Assembly (NCBI GenBank): GCA_034678545.1
Contig: JAXDBS010000095.1
Location: 46,248 to 110,247, forward strand
Direction: 5' to 3'
From: Candidatus Cloacimonadaceae bacterium
GTDB taxonomy: Bacteria; Cloacimonadota; Cloacimonadia; Cloacimonadales; Cloacimonadaceae
DNA length: 64,000 bases
The notes under the pieces were generated by a model. The model did not search any database. It was not told the origin of the DNA and was given only the letters and a program-made list of their open reading frames with translations. Position numbers and translations under genes: made by a program. Position 1 is the stretch's first letter, and each line of letters opens with the position of its first letter. Shown piece by piece: positions 45,648-54,340 of this stretch.

Positions 45648-46727
45648 TTAATAAGGATAATCCTGCGCGGGCTCGAGGCCTTTGAGCACGCGGACGGCGC
45701 CCTGGCTGAGCGCTTCCATTTCCTTTTCTCCCGGATAGACGTGAAAGGACGCGATGAATCCGCAGCTCCGTTTGATCTCTTCCACGATCATGGGGTCATA
45801 GACCAGTCCGCCGGAGAGGAATATGGCGTCCACCTTGCCGCAGAGCACGGCGGCGCAGGCCCCGATCTCCTTGGAGATCTGGTAGCACATGGCATCCAGG
45901 ATCAGTTTTGCTTGCCGGTCTCCCGCTTTGATTCTGTTCTCCACTTCGATGCCGTTGTCTGTTCCCAGGTAGGCCATCCAGCCGCCGGTCTTGGTCAGGC
46001 GCGTGACCAGTTCCTTGTGAGAATATTTTCCGGAGAAGGCGAGCTCCAGCAGGTCTCCGATTGGGAGTGCCCCGCACCTTTGGGGCGAGAAGGGGCCCAT
46101 GCCGAGCAGGGCGTTGTTCACGTCCACGATCCTGCCTTCCTTGATGGCCGCCACGGAGATGCCGCCGCCCATATGGACGCCGATCATGTTCATGGTGTGG
46201 AAGTCCTTGCCCTGTTCGCTGGCCAGCAGCCTGGCGATGTATCTGATGTTGAGGGCGTGCAGCAGGGACTTGCGTTCGATCTCCGGAATGCCGGAAACGC
46301 GGGCGATGTCGTCAAATTCGTCCACCACCACCGGGTCCACGATGTAAGCGGGAATGTTGAGTTCGCGCCCTATGGGTTCGGCAATGAAAGCGCCCAGGTT
46401 GGAGGCGTGGATCCTGCCCCAGAGGGACGGGTCTTTTAGGTCCCGCAGCATGTTGGGGCTGATCTTCATGGTGCCTCCGCCGACCGGCCTGACCAGGCCT
46501 CCGCGGCCTACGACAGCGTGCAGGCTTTCCGGGGCTACATTGTTTTCCCGCATGGCCTCCATCACCAGTTCCTTGCGGTATTCATACTGCTCCAGGATGC
46601 CGCCGTACCTATCCAGTTCGGCCGGGTCGTGGCGCAGGGTTTTTTCAAATACGGGGGACTCGTCGTCGTAGACTGCGATTTTGGTTGAAGTGGAACCGGG
46701 ATTGATGGCTAGAACTCGATACGTCAT
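45648..46727 (-). CDS. buk: Butyrate kinase
   Basis: MTYRVLAINPGSTSTKIAVYDDE N-terminus and ASKHA fold; length ~359 aa. Start moved to ATG 46727 (GGAAGGA upstream). Confidence 0.85.
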   Translation of the reverse strand: MTYRVLAINPGSTSTKIAVYDDESPVFEKTLRHDPAELDRYGGILEQYEYRKELVMEAMRENNVAPESLHAVVGRGGLVRPVGGGTMKISPNMLRDLKDPSLWGRIHASNLGAFIAEPIGRELNIPAYIVDPVVVDEFDDIARVSGIPEIERKSLLHALNIRYIARLLASEQGKDFHTMNMIGVHMGGGISVAAIKEGRIVDVNNALLGMGPFSPQRCGALPIGDLLELAFSGKYSHKELVTRLTKTGGWMAYLGTDNGIEVENRIKAGDRQAKLILDAMCYQISKEIGACAAVLCGKVDAIFLSGGLVYDPMIVEEIKRSCGFIASFHVYPGEKEMEALSQGAVRVLKGLEPAQDYPY

Positions 46728-46919
46728 GCATTCCTTCCTCTGATTATTTTTTGAATCCATCTTCATTTTCGGTTGATTTTGTCAACAGGAAAACCTCTGC
46801 CCTGCCGGTTATTTTAACCCCTGGAAAAACCAACTGGCGGCTTGACAATCTGGCGGCATTCAGATTTTCAGGATTTGTAATGATTATGCTGAAAAGCCCT
46901 GTACCTGAATGAGGAAATT

Positions 46920-47396
46920 ATGAACGACAGACCCACCTGGCAGAAATACTTCATGGAAATGGCTTTCCTGGCCTCGCAGCGGAGCACCTGCCTGCGGCGC
47001 AAGGTTGGGGCCGTTCTGGTTCGCGATAACCAGATCCTTTCCACCGGCTACAACGGCAGTCCCAAGAACATCGCCCACTGCAACGAAACCGGCTGCCTGC
47101 GGGAAAAACTGAATGTCCCCGCGGGAGAAAAGCACGAGCTCTGCCGCGGCGTCCATGCCGAACAAAACGCCATCATCCAGTGCGCCATCAACGGCAGTTC
47201 CACCCGCCAGGCTGTGCTCTACTGCACAAACCAGCCCTGCAGCATCTGCGCCAAGCTCATCATCAACGCCGAGATCAAAACCGTTTACGTAGCTCAAAGC
47301 TATCCTGATAAGCTGGCTGAGAATATGTTTGAGGAAGCCGGCGTGGAGATGATCAGCTATGACAGCGAGACCGGCGGGATGACCCGGCTCACCTGA
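46920..47396 (+). CDS. dCMP deaminase (ComEB-type cytidine/deoxycytidylate deaminase)
   Basis: HAEQNAI and PCSICAKLI zinc-binding motifs. 158 aa. Confidence 0.88.
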   Translation: MNDRPTWQKYFMEMAFLASQRSTCLRRKVGAVLVRDNQILSTGYNGSPKNIAHCNETGCLREKLNVPAGEKHELCRGVHAEQNAIIQCAINGSSTRQAVLYCTNQPCSICAKLIINAEIKTVYVAQSYPDKLAENMFEEAGVEMISYDSETGGMTRLT

Positions 47397-47440
47397 ACGG
47401 GCTGACGCGCCGGGATTTATTCTTGTCTGTTTGGCAAAAG

Positions 47441-48277
47441 TTATTTCTTCTTTTTGACGGCTGACGCCAGCCCTTTTCTGATCTCGTCCCGCAGCTTCTT
47501 GGCTTCCTTGGCGGCGGTTTCGGCGAAGGAAGCGGAGTTGTCCTGAAAGATGATCCCGCGCGAGGAATTGACCAGCACATTGGGTTCCCTGCCTGATCTG
47601 ATAGCGTTCAACAGCACGGCCTTCAGGTCCCCGCCCTGGGCTCCGATGCCCGGGATCAGGAAGATCTGGTCCGGCAATAAACTGCGCAGTTCGGCCAGAT
47701 GCTCCGGATGCGTTGCGCCCGCCACAGCGCCGAGTTGCTTGGGATTGTACTTGGCTATCCAGTTCGCGATGTCCCTAAACAGTTCCTTCTTGATCAAAAA
47801 TTCCGAGGCGGACGGGTTGGAGGTCAGCGCCAGGGCAAAGGCGAAGTTCTTTTCGTCATTGAGCAGGGCGCGGACCGTGTCCTTTCCCATCAGCGGGTTG
47901 AGCGTAATGGCGTCGCAGCCCAACTCGTCGAAATAAGCTGCCAGATAAGCTTCCATCGTGTTCCCGATATCCCCGGCCTTGCAGTCCAGGATGATCGGGA
48001 TGTCCTGCGGAACGGCGTTGATGGTCAGCTTGAGAGCTTCCAGCCCCCGGTAGCCCGCGGCCAGGTAAAAAGCCAGATTCGCCTTGTAGGCGCAGGCCAG
48101 GGTCGCGGTTGATTCGATGATCGCCCGGTTGAAGGTGTAGATCGGGTTCTTATCCCCGCGCAGGCAGCGGGGCAGCCTCTTCAGTTCGGGATCCAAACCT
48201 ACGCAGAGGAACGATTCCTTGCTGCGCCAGGCTTTCTGATACTTAGTCCAAAAGGATTTTGACCGAATCCTCGCCAT
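47441..48277 (-). CDS. pyrF: Orotidine 5'-phosphate decarboxylase (type 2)
   Basis: LCVGLDPE and [12 protein letters not shown] motifs. 278 aa. Confidence 0.88.
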   Translation of the reverse strand: MARIRSKSFWTKYQKAWRSKESFLCVGLDPELKRLPRCLRGDKNPIYTFNRAIIESTATLACAYKANLAFYLAAGYRGLEALKLTINAVPQDIPIILDCKAGDIGNTMEAYLAAYFDELGCDAITLNPLMGKDTVRALLNDEKNFAFALALTSNPSASEFLIKKELFRDIANWIAKYNPKQLGAVAGATHPEHLAELRSLLPDQIFLIPGIGAQGGDLKAVLLNAIRSGREPNVLVNSSRGIIFQDNSASFAETAAKEAKKLRDEIRKGLASAVKKKK

Positions 48278-48779
48278 CTGTTTCCTCGAATGCTACTTTG
48301 ATTATTTCGTTTTTGGAGGTGGGCACGTTTTTGCCCACGTAGTCAGCCTTGATGGGCAACTCCCGGTGTCCGCGGTCCACCAGCACTGCCAGCTGGATCT
48401 GTTTGGGCCGCCCGAAGTCCAGTAGGGCGTCTATGGCGGCGCGCACCGTCCTGCCGGTAAACAGTACGTCGTCCGTTAATACTATGATAGCATCGTCCAT
48501 CTCGAAATCGATCGAACTGCCCTTGATCACAGGCTGATGCGAAATCGTGCTCAGGTCGTCCCGGTAAAGCGTGATGTCGATTATCCCGACCGGGATATCC
48601 ACATTTTCAATCATCTTCAGATAACTGGCGATCCTTTCCGCCAGCGGCACGCCCCGGCTGCGGATGCCCACCAGCCGGATCTTCTCCAGGCCCTTGTTCT
48701 GCTCAATTATCTCGTGCGCCATGCGCCGGACGGTCCGTTCCATGTGGGCCTTATCCATGATGATGCTTTTGACCGGCAT
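48243..48779 (-). CDS. pyrR: Bifunctional pyrimidine operon regulator / uracil phosphoribosyltransferase PyrR
   Basis: Aligns by eye along its whole length with B. subtilis PyrR ([14 protein letters not shown]..., [47 protein letters not shown]). Start moved to ATG 48779 (GGGAGG at 48786-48791). Confidence 0.9.
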   Translation of the reverse strand: MPVKSIIMDKAHMERTVRRMAHEIIEQNKGLEKIRLVGIRSRGVPLAERIASYLKMIENVDIPVGIIDITLYRDDLSTISHQPVIKGSSIDFEMDDAIIVLTDDVLFTGRTVRAAIDALLDFGRPKQIQLAVLVDRGHRELPIKADYVGKNVPTSKNEIIKVAFEETDGEDSVKILLD

Positions 48780-48817
48780 CAAAGCCTCCCTCAGCAGTCC
48801 TTTTTTATAATAATCAA

Positions 48818-48846
48818 GTATATTTAAAAGATTGCCTGACGTCAAG
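48818..48846 (-). promoter_or_regulatory. Sigma-70-type promoter of pyrR-pyrF
   Basis: The minus strand reads TTGACG (48846-48841), 17 nt, TATACT (48823-48818). This implies a leader of only ~30 nt and supports the ATG 48779 start. Confidence 0.6.
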
Positions 48847-48993
48847 TCATTTTTTGATGTAGATTTATATCTGCTTGCATATATATGCGTTTGCGCTTGC
48901 TTCCTGTCCGCTCGTAAAAGTTCCGCCTCTTGTTTATTATTGTTAAATAATTCAAATCATGCAAGAATTCTGACTTCCACTGCCCTTTCTCTT

Positions 48994-49077
48994 CCCTGCT
49001 TGCATTACTTACCCATTACGGACCCATTACGGACTTTATCCGTAATGGGTCCGTAATGCCAGCAGGGGCGAAGGCGG
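48994..49077. repeat. Palindromic intergenic repeat, copy 3 of 3
   Basis: ccctgcttgcatTACTTACCCATTACGGACCCATTACGGActttaTCCGTAATGGGTCCGTAAtgccagcaggggcgaaggcgg. Arms at 49016-49033 and 49039-49056 (stem extendable to 49014-49058). Carries a paired A>T / T>A change relative to copies 1 and 2. Confidence 0.9.
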
Positions 49078-49226
49078 TTTGGGCAGGCTAAATAAGCGGA
49101 AATGGGGAACGGATACGGTCGGTCAGGATAGTACTTGACCGCAAAACACATGACGGCAGGATTGCATCAGGCGTAACATGGGAAGGCACTAATGTGCGAA
49201 ACAAAGAAAACATAAAGCGGGGAAAG

Positions 49227-49628
49227 ATGCCGTTCAGTTTCAAGAAAAGGATCTATGGTTACGAGTGCGACATTTACGGGCACCTGAACAACGCCAACTA
49301 CCTGCCCATCCTGGAAGCGGCCCGCAGCGAGGCCTTACAGGATATGGGAATGCCCGTCCAGAGGCTGCTGGACCTGGATTGGCACATCTATATCCGGCGG
49401 TTTGAACTGGATTACATCAAGGCAGTCCGGCTTGAGGATATCATAGAAGTGAAAAGCTTTGTAATGGCTCTGACGAAGGTCACAGGCGAGTGGCGCCAGG
49501 AGATCTATAACTCTGCGGGAGAGCTGTGCTTCCGGGCTGTTCTGTCAGCCATCTTTGCCCATCGTGGCAAACCGGCGCGGCTGGTTCCTGAGATCTACGA
49601 TTTATTTGCCCGCTATGTCGAAAAGTAA
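49227..49628 (+). CDS. Acyl-CoA thioesterase, 4HBT/YbgC hotdog family
   Basis: FKKRIYGYECDIYGHLNNANYLPILEAARSEAL hotdog N-terminal motif. Start moved to ATG 49227 (GGGGA upstream). Confidence 0.75.
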   Translation: MPFSFKKRIYGYECDIYGHLNNANYLPILEAARSEALQDMGMPVQRLLDLDWHIYIRRFELDYIKAVRLEDIIEVKSFVMALTKVTGEWRQEIYNSAGELCFRAVLSAIFAHRGKPARLVPEIYDLFARYVEK

Positions 49629-49635
49629 ATGATGA

Positions 49636-50598
49636 TCAGGTCTGCCGGGTGTCCTCAAACCAGCGGATGAAGCTGCGCAGGCCTTCCCGGAACGTCCACT
49701 TCGGATCGTAATTAAGTTCGGCCCGGCTGCGCGTGAGGTCGGCGCAGGTGTAGGGCACGTCACCCGGCTGCAGGGGATGCCACTGCAGCGCGGCCTGCCT
49801 GCCGCTGGCGGCTTCCAGTTCGTAGATCATGTCCAGCAGTTGGACAGGTCTGGCTTCCCCCAGATTAAAAACGGCGTAACCGGAATGGGTCTGCACATAT
49901 TCGACAGCGCCCATGACACCGTCGATTGTATCATCTATGTATGTGTAATCGCGGCAGGTGCTGCCGTCGCCAAAGACTGGCAAAGGCTTTCCGCCGTAGA
50001 GCAGGGAGGCGAATTTATGAATGGCCAGGTCGGGTCGTTGGCGCGGGCCATACACCGTGAAGAAGCGCAGGCAAACCACGGAAATGCCTAGTTCCCTTTG
50101 CCAGAGCTGCGCCAAGACTTCACCCGCGCGCTTGGTTTCGGCATAGGGCGATTCCGGTTTGCCCAAGTCGTCGTTCTCGCGGAAAGCGCCGCCCTGCTTG
50201 CTCCCGTAGACGGAAGAGGAGGAGGCAGATACCAGCCGTTTCACCCCGTGCTGCTGACAGGCGAGCAGAACCTTGTGGGTTCCCATGATATTGACCTCGG
50301 CATATAACTCCGGCTCCAAAATGGAAGGCCTCACGCCGGCCATGGCGGCCAGGTGGACGATCAGACCGATTTCATGTTCAGAGAAGCATTTATCCAGATC
50401 GTTGATGTCGCGGACGTCGCCTTCGACCAGGCGGAAATCCGGATGGTCAATGATGCCGGCCAGGTTGGTCCGCTTGATCTGCGGATCGTAAAAGGAATGA
50501 AAATTATCGAGGCAGACCACCCGGTGGCCGGACGCGACCAGGCGCTCGCAGAGATGCGAACCGATGAAACCCGCGCCGCCCGTGACCAGGATGTTCAT
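49636..50598 (-). CDS. NAD-dependent sugar-nucleotide epimerase/dehydratase (extended SDR)
   Basis: MNILVTGGAGFIGSHL Rossmann motif and YAETKRAGE (YxxxK catalytic). 320 aa. Confidence 0.85.
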   Translation of the reverse strand: MNILVTGGAGFIGSHLCERLVASGHRVVCLDNFHSFYDPQIKRTNLAGIIDHPDFRLVEGDVRDINDLDKCFSEHEIGLIVHLAAMAGVRPSILEPELYAEVNIMGTHKVLLACQQHGVKRLVSASSSSVYGSKQGGAFRENDDLGKPESPYAETKRAGEVLAQLWQRELGISVVCLRFFTVYGPRQRPDLAIHKFASLLYGGKPLPVFGDGSTCRDYTYIDDTIDGVMGAVEYVQTHSGYAVFNLGEARPVQLLDMIYELEAASGRQAALQWHPLQPGDVPYTCADLTRSRAELNYDPKWTFREGLRSFIRWFEDTRQT

Positions 50599-50612
50599 GC
50601 TGACGGCAGCTG

Positions 50613-51866
50613 TCAGGCGCTGTCCCTGACGATTTGGGCGCCGACCGAATTGAGCTTCTCCTCAATCTTGTCATAGCCGCGGTCGATATGGTAGATGCGG
50701 TTCACGATGGTTTCGCCCTGCGCCTTGAGGCCGGCCAGGACCAAGGCGGCGCTGGCGCGCAGATCGGTGGCCATGACTTCCGCTCCGCTCAACTGACTGA
50801 CGCCCTTGACGGTGGCTACGTTGAGGTCGAGACTGATGGCTGCCTGCAGGCGGTTGAGCTCCGCCACATGCATGAAGCGGTCTGGAAAGATGGTGTCGGT
50901 GATCACGCTCTGCCCATGGGCCAGGGCCATGAGAACCATGAACTGGGCCTGGAGGTCGGTCGGGAAACCTGGATAGGGCAGGGTGGTGATATCCACGGGC
51001 TTGATCACGCGGACCGGTTCCACTGTGATGGAATCCTCCTGTACGGCGATCCCGCAGCCGGCAGCGCGCAGCTTTTGGATCAGCTCGTCCAGATGGTGGG
51101 GCTGGCAGTTGGCCACGGTCAGGGGCTCGGAACTGAGCGCGCCCGCAATCAGGAAAGTGCCTGCTTCGATGCGGTCCGAGATCATCTGCATGCCCACCGG
51201 AAACAACTCATCAACTCCTCGGACGGTCAGGCGGGTGGTGCCGCGGCCACTGATTTTCGCGCCCATCTGGGCCAGGAAATCAATGGTGGAATCAACCTCA
51301 GGCTCCATAGCGGCATTGAGCAGTTCAGTCTGACCCTCAGCGGTGACGCAGGCCATCAGGGTGTTTATGGTGGCGCCCACGGAGGATTTCTCAAATTCGA
51401 TGACAGCGCCCTTCAGCTTTTTGGCTTTGGCGTGGATGTATCCGTGCTCGATGCTGACTTCAGCTCCGAGCTTTTCGATCGCTTTCAGGTGCAGGTCCAC
51501 GGGCCGGGTTCCGATCGCGCAGCCTCCGGGAAACGAGACACGGGCTTCACCCAGGCGTGCCAGCAGCGGCCCCATTACGTAGATGGAGGCGCGCATCTTG
51601 CTCACCAGCTCATAGGGGGCTTCGCAGTAGCAGACATCGGTGGAGTCGATCTGCATCTTCCCGTCGGCCAGGTCAACCCGGGCTCCGATAACGCGCAGGA
51701 GGTGGGCCATGGTCTTGAGGTCAATGAGGTTGGGAACGTTGGAAAGCACCGACTTGCCGGGCGCCAGAAGACTGGCAGCCATGACCGGCAGGATGGCATT
51801 CTTGGCTCCGCTGACGTGAATCACGCCCGCCAAGGGATTACCGCCCCGGATGATAAATCTGTCCAT
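50613..51866 (-). CDS. murA: UDP-N-acetylglucosamine 1-carboxyvinyltransferase
   Basis: [35 protein letters not shown]-terminus and full-length 417-aa MurA pattern ([16 protein letters not shown] with the catalytic Cys). Confidence 0.95.
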   Translation of the reverse strand: MDRFIIRGGNPLAGVIHVSGAKNAILPVMAASLLAPGKSVLSNVPNLIDLKTMAHLLRVIGARVDLADGKMQIDSTDVCYCEAPYELVSKMRASIYVMGPLLARLGEARVSFPGGCAIGTRPVDLHLKAIEKLGAEVSIEHGYIHAKAKKLKGAVIEFEKSSVGATINTLMACVTAEGQTELLNAAMEPEVDSTIDFLAQMGAKISGRGTTRLTVRGVDELFPVGMQMISDRIEAGTFLIAGALSSEPLTVANCQPHHLDELIQKLRAAGCGIAVQEDSITVEPVRVIKPVDITTLPYPGFPTDLQAQFMVLMALAHGQSVITDTIFPDRFMHVAELNRLQAAISLDLNVATVKGVSQLSGAEVMATDLRASAALVLAGLKAQGETIVNRIYHIDRGYDKIEEKLNSVGAQIVRDSA

Positions 51867-51935
51867 TAAACCGCCTGTTAAGATGAATACTGATGCAAAG
51901 ATCGCTTTACGGGAGGGGACTTTTTGTCAATAACT

Positions 51936-52793
51936 TTAGCGGGAGAGGCAGAGGCAGCGGTCGCGGCCGGCCAGGTCCTTCCGCAGTTCGGATGTGAGGA
52001 AACCGTTTTCCCTGGCCAGTTCGATGACTGACCGGGCCTGCGTTTCGCCGATCTCCAGATAGATCCTGCCCTTGTAACTAAGGCGTTTTGCGGCTTTGGC
52101 CAGGATCCTCCGAAAAGCGTCAAGTCCGTCCTTACCAGCAAGCAGAGCCAGTTGGGGCTCGTGCAGACTGATCTCGGCGGCCAGTCCGGAAAATTCGGAA
52201 GTGGAGACATAGGGCGGATTGGAAACTATCAGATCGAATTTCTCCGGCTTTTTGGGAAAGAGGTCAGCAACCGTGAAGCGCAGTTCAAGGCCCAGGCGGC
52301 GGGCGTTGGCGCGAGCCAACAGGATGGCGGGATGGGAGATGTCTGTGGCTGTAATCTTTAGATCAGGATTATGGTGTTTCAGGGCCAGGGCGATGGCGCC
52401 GCTGCCCGTACCGATGTCCAGAACGGCGAGCAGGCCCTGCTCCCGGTTCAGGATCCACTGCACCAGGCATTCAGTTTCGGGACGCGGGATCAGGACGCAG
52501 GGATCGACCAGCAGGTCCAGTCCGTAAAAGCAGGTGTGCCCCAGAATGTACTGCAACGGCTCCTGCAGGATGAGACGGTTGACCCAGTCGCGCCATCTGG
52601 TCAGCGCTTCCGCGTCGAGGCGCAAGTCCTTGTGCAGAGCCAGTTCGGGCCGGGTGAGTCCGGTCAGTTCCGAAAGCAATAGGTGGAATCTGGACAGAGA
52701 AATGTTATGTTCAGACGAAAGAGAAACAGATTCCGAAAGCAGCGAGAACAGGTCGGCAGATCCGTCAGGCGCTTTGCTTGATGTTCTTTTCAA
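51936..52793 (-). CDS. prmC: Release-factor glutamine N5-methyltransferase PrmC/HemK
   Basis: VLDIGTGSGAIA SAM motif and IVSNPPY catalytic motif. 29-nt overlap with the upstream gene, so the start is somewhat uncertain. Confidence 0.85.
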   Translation of the reverse strand: MKRTSSKAPDGSADLFSLLSESVSLSSEHNISLSRFHLLLSELTGLTRPELALHKDLRLDAEALTRWRDWVNRLILQEPLQYILGHTCFYGLDLLVDPCVLIPRPETECLVQWILNREQGLLAVLDIGTGSGAIALALKHHNPDLKITATDISHPAILLARANARRLGLELRFTVADLFPKKPEKFDLIVSNPPYVSTSEFSGLAAEISLHEPQLALLAGKDGLDAFRRILAKAAKRLSYKGRIYLEIGETQARSVIELARENGFLTSELRKDLAGRDRCLCLSR

Positions 52794-53676
52794 TGCGGAC
52801 GAGTCTGCCGCCCTTGCTGAATGAAACCTTGTCGGTGAGGTGGAAGAGGATGGAGATGCCGCGCCCGTATTCGTCCAACTGGATGCCGTCCGAGTGCCGT
52901 ACCTTGGTCATCCAGCTTTTATAATCGAAGCCCTGGCCCTCGTCTTCGACCTCGAAACAGATGGTGTGCCTGATCTGGTTTATGGAAAGGCGGATATGGA
53001 TCTTCTTGTCGGCTATTTCCTTGTCCTTGAGTTTCGTGTAGATCAGATTCTTGTAGTCCTCATAACTGAGGGTGCGCTCTTTCATGTTCAAGCGCAGGGT
53101 ACCGTGGATAAAGGCGTTGTAGAGCATTTCCTCCATGCAGAGCAGCATTTCGTTGCCAATGGGTTTGGGGAGGCTGAGGCTCTGGGAAAAGAAGCGGGTG
53201 AAGATCTTGATGAAATCGACCTGCCTGAACATATGGGAGGGCAAAGACAATTTAATGTCCAACAGGCTGGCCTTGTTGCTGACGCTGAGGAAATCGATGT
53301 CCTCTTTCTTTTTGTTGATCTGGAGCTGGATGGAGTTGAGCAGGTGTTCCGTGTCAATGGGTTTGCGGATGAAGTCTGAAGCTCCCAGTTGGATGGCGCG
53401 GATGAAATAATCCTGTTCCAGGTATCCGGTCATCAGGATAAAGGATATCTGGTCATAATCCTTGCGCACGTATTCCAGCAGTTCCAAGCCGTTCATGCCG
53501 GGCATTTCGATATCGCTGACAACCAGATCATAAGTCTTGGTCGTGATTTTCCGCAGGGCGTCGTGCCCGTTGTAGGCAGGATCCACATCGTAGCCAGAGA
53601 CCTGCAGGATCTGCACCAGCCCATCCACAAGGCTGATGCTGTCGTCAACAACCAGAACCTTGATCTTGTCGCTCAT
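52765..53676 (-). CDS. Response-regulator receiver fused to an RsbW/SpoIIAB-like HATPase (anti-sigma-type Ser kinase) domain
   Basis: REC: KVLVVDDS...YDLVVSDIEMPGMNGLELL...ILMTG. C-terminus: NAFIHG (N box), EVEDEGQGFD (G1), GRGISILFHL (G2), with no DHp/His box. Confidence 0.75.
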   Translation of the reverse strand: MSDKIKVLVVDDSISLVDGLVQILQVSGYDVDPAYNGHDALRKITTKTYDLVVSDIEMPGMNGLELLEYVRKDYDQISFILMTGYLEQDYFIRAIQLGASDFIRKPIDTEHLLNSIQLQINKKKEDIDFLSVSNKASLLDIKLSLPSHMFRQVDFIKIFTRFFSQSLSLPKPIGNEMLLCMEEMLYNAFIHGTLRLNMKERTLSYEDYKNLIYTKLKDKEIADKKIHIRLSINQIRHTICFEVEDEGQGFDYKSWMTKVRHSDGIQLDEYGRGISILFHLTDKVSFSKGGRLVRIEKNIKQSA

Positions 53677-53679
53677 GCC

Positions 53680-53988
53680 TCAGCCCTGGTTCACTGTGAA
53701 AAGCTGATTGAGTTTAAGCATGGAGAACAATTCATATACGCCGTGGGAGCATCTGGTGACTTCTATTTCGCCGCCTTTGGCGATGAAGTCCTTGTAGAAC
53801 AGCAGGATCTTGCCGATGCCGGTGCTGCTGATGTTGCGGCATTCCAGCAGATCGAGTTCCAAAAAGGTGTAATCCCCGGCCAGGACCTCGTTCAGCTTTT
53901 CCTGCAGTATAAAGCTGTTATCACTGGTCAGGACGCCGTTAATCTTGATCTTGGCGGTTTTATCCGCAAAAGTCAGATCAATACTCAT
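53680..53988 (-). CDS. STAS-domain anti-sigma-factor antagonist (SpoIIAA/RsbV-like)
   Basis: 102 aa. LELDLLECRNISSTGIGKILLFYKDF matches the STAS pattern with the conserved phosphorylatable Ser region (ISSTGIG). Confidence 0.8.
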   Translation of the reverse strand: MSIDLTFADKTAKIKINGVLTSDNSFILQEKLNEVLAGDYTFLELDLLECRNISSTGIGKILLFYKDFIAKGGEIEVTRCSHGVYELFSMLKLNQLFTVNQG

Positions 53989-54340
53989 TGTTATCCCCCG
54001 CTCGGATCATTTCCAGTATTTTGCAAGTGAGAAACAATCCATTATGGACATTTTACATAAGACGTGATACATTGTCAAGTGTTTAATTTGGCCCAGCCCT
54101 TCCGGACTTGCTTTTCCCAAGTTGGTTTGCGACATTGGTTATCCGTTTTCGGCCAAAGAGTGAAAAACCTGCAGAGACATTGTTCACATAAGGAATGAGT
54201 AAAGGTTTTACCTTTGAATGGTGTAGTAATAAAGACAGGTTTTAATTGACAATAAATCTGAATCGTAAATCAGGAAGCGACAGCCGAACAGGTTTTACGG
54301 TAATTAGGAAGTATTAAAAACAGATAACATGGAAGTAAGC

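Noticed and set aside
50634-51869. 411-aa ORF on the + strand
   Set aside because: It is antisense to murA, which is unambiguous. The composition is that of a shadow ORF, and there is no RBS or motif.
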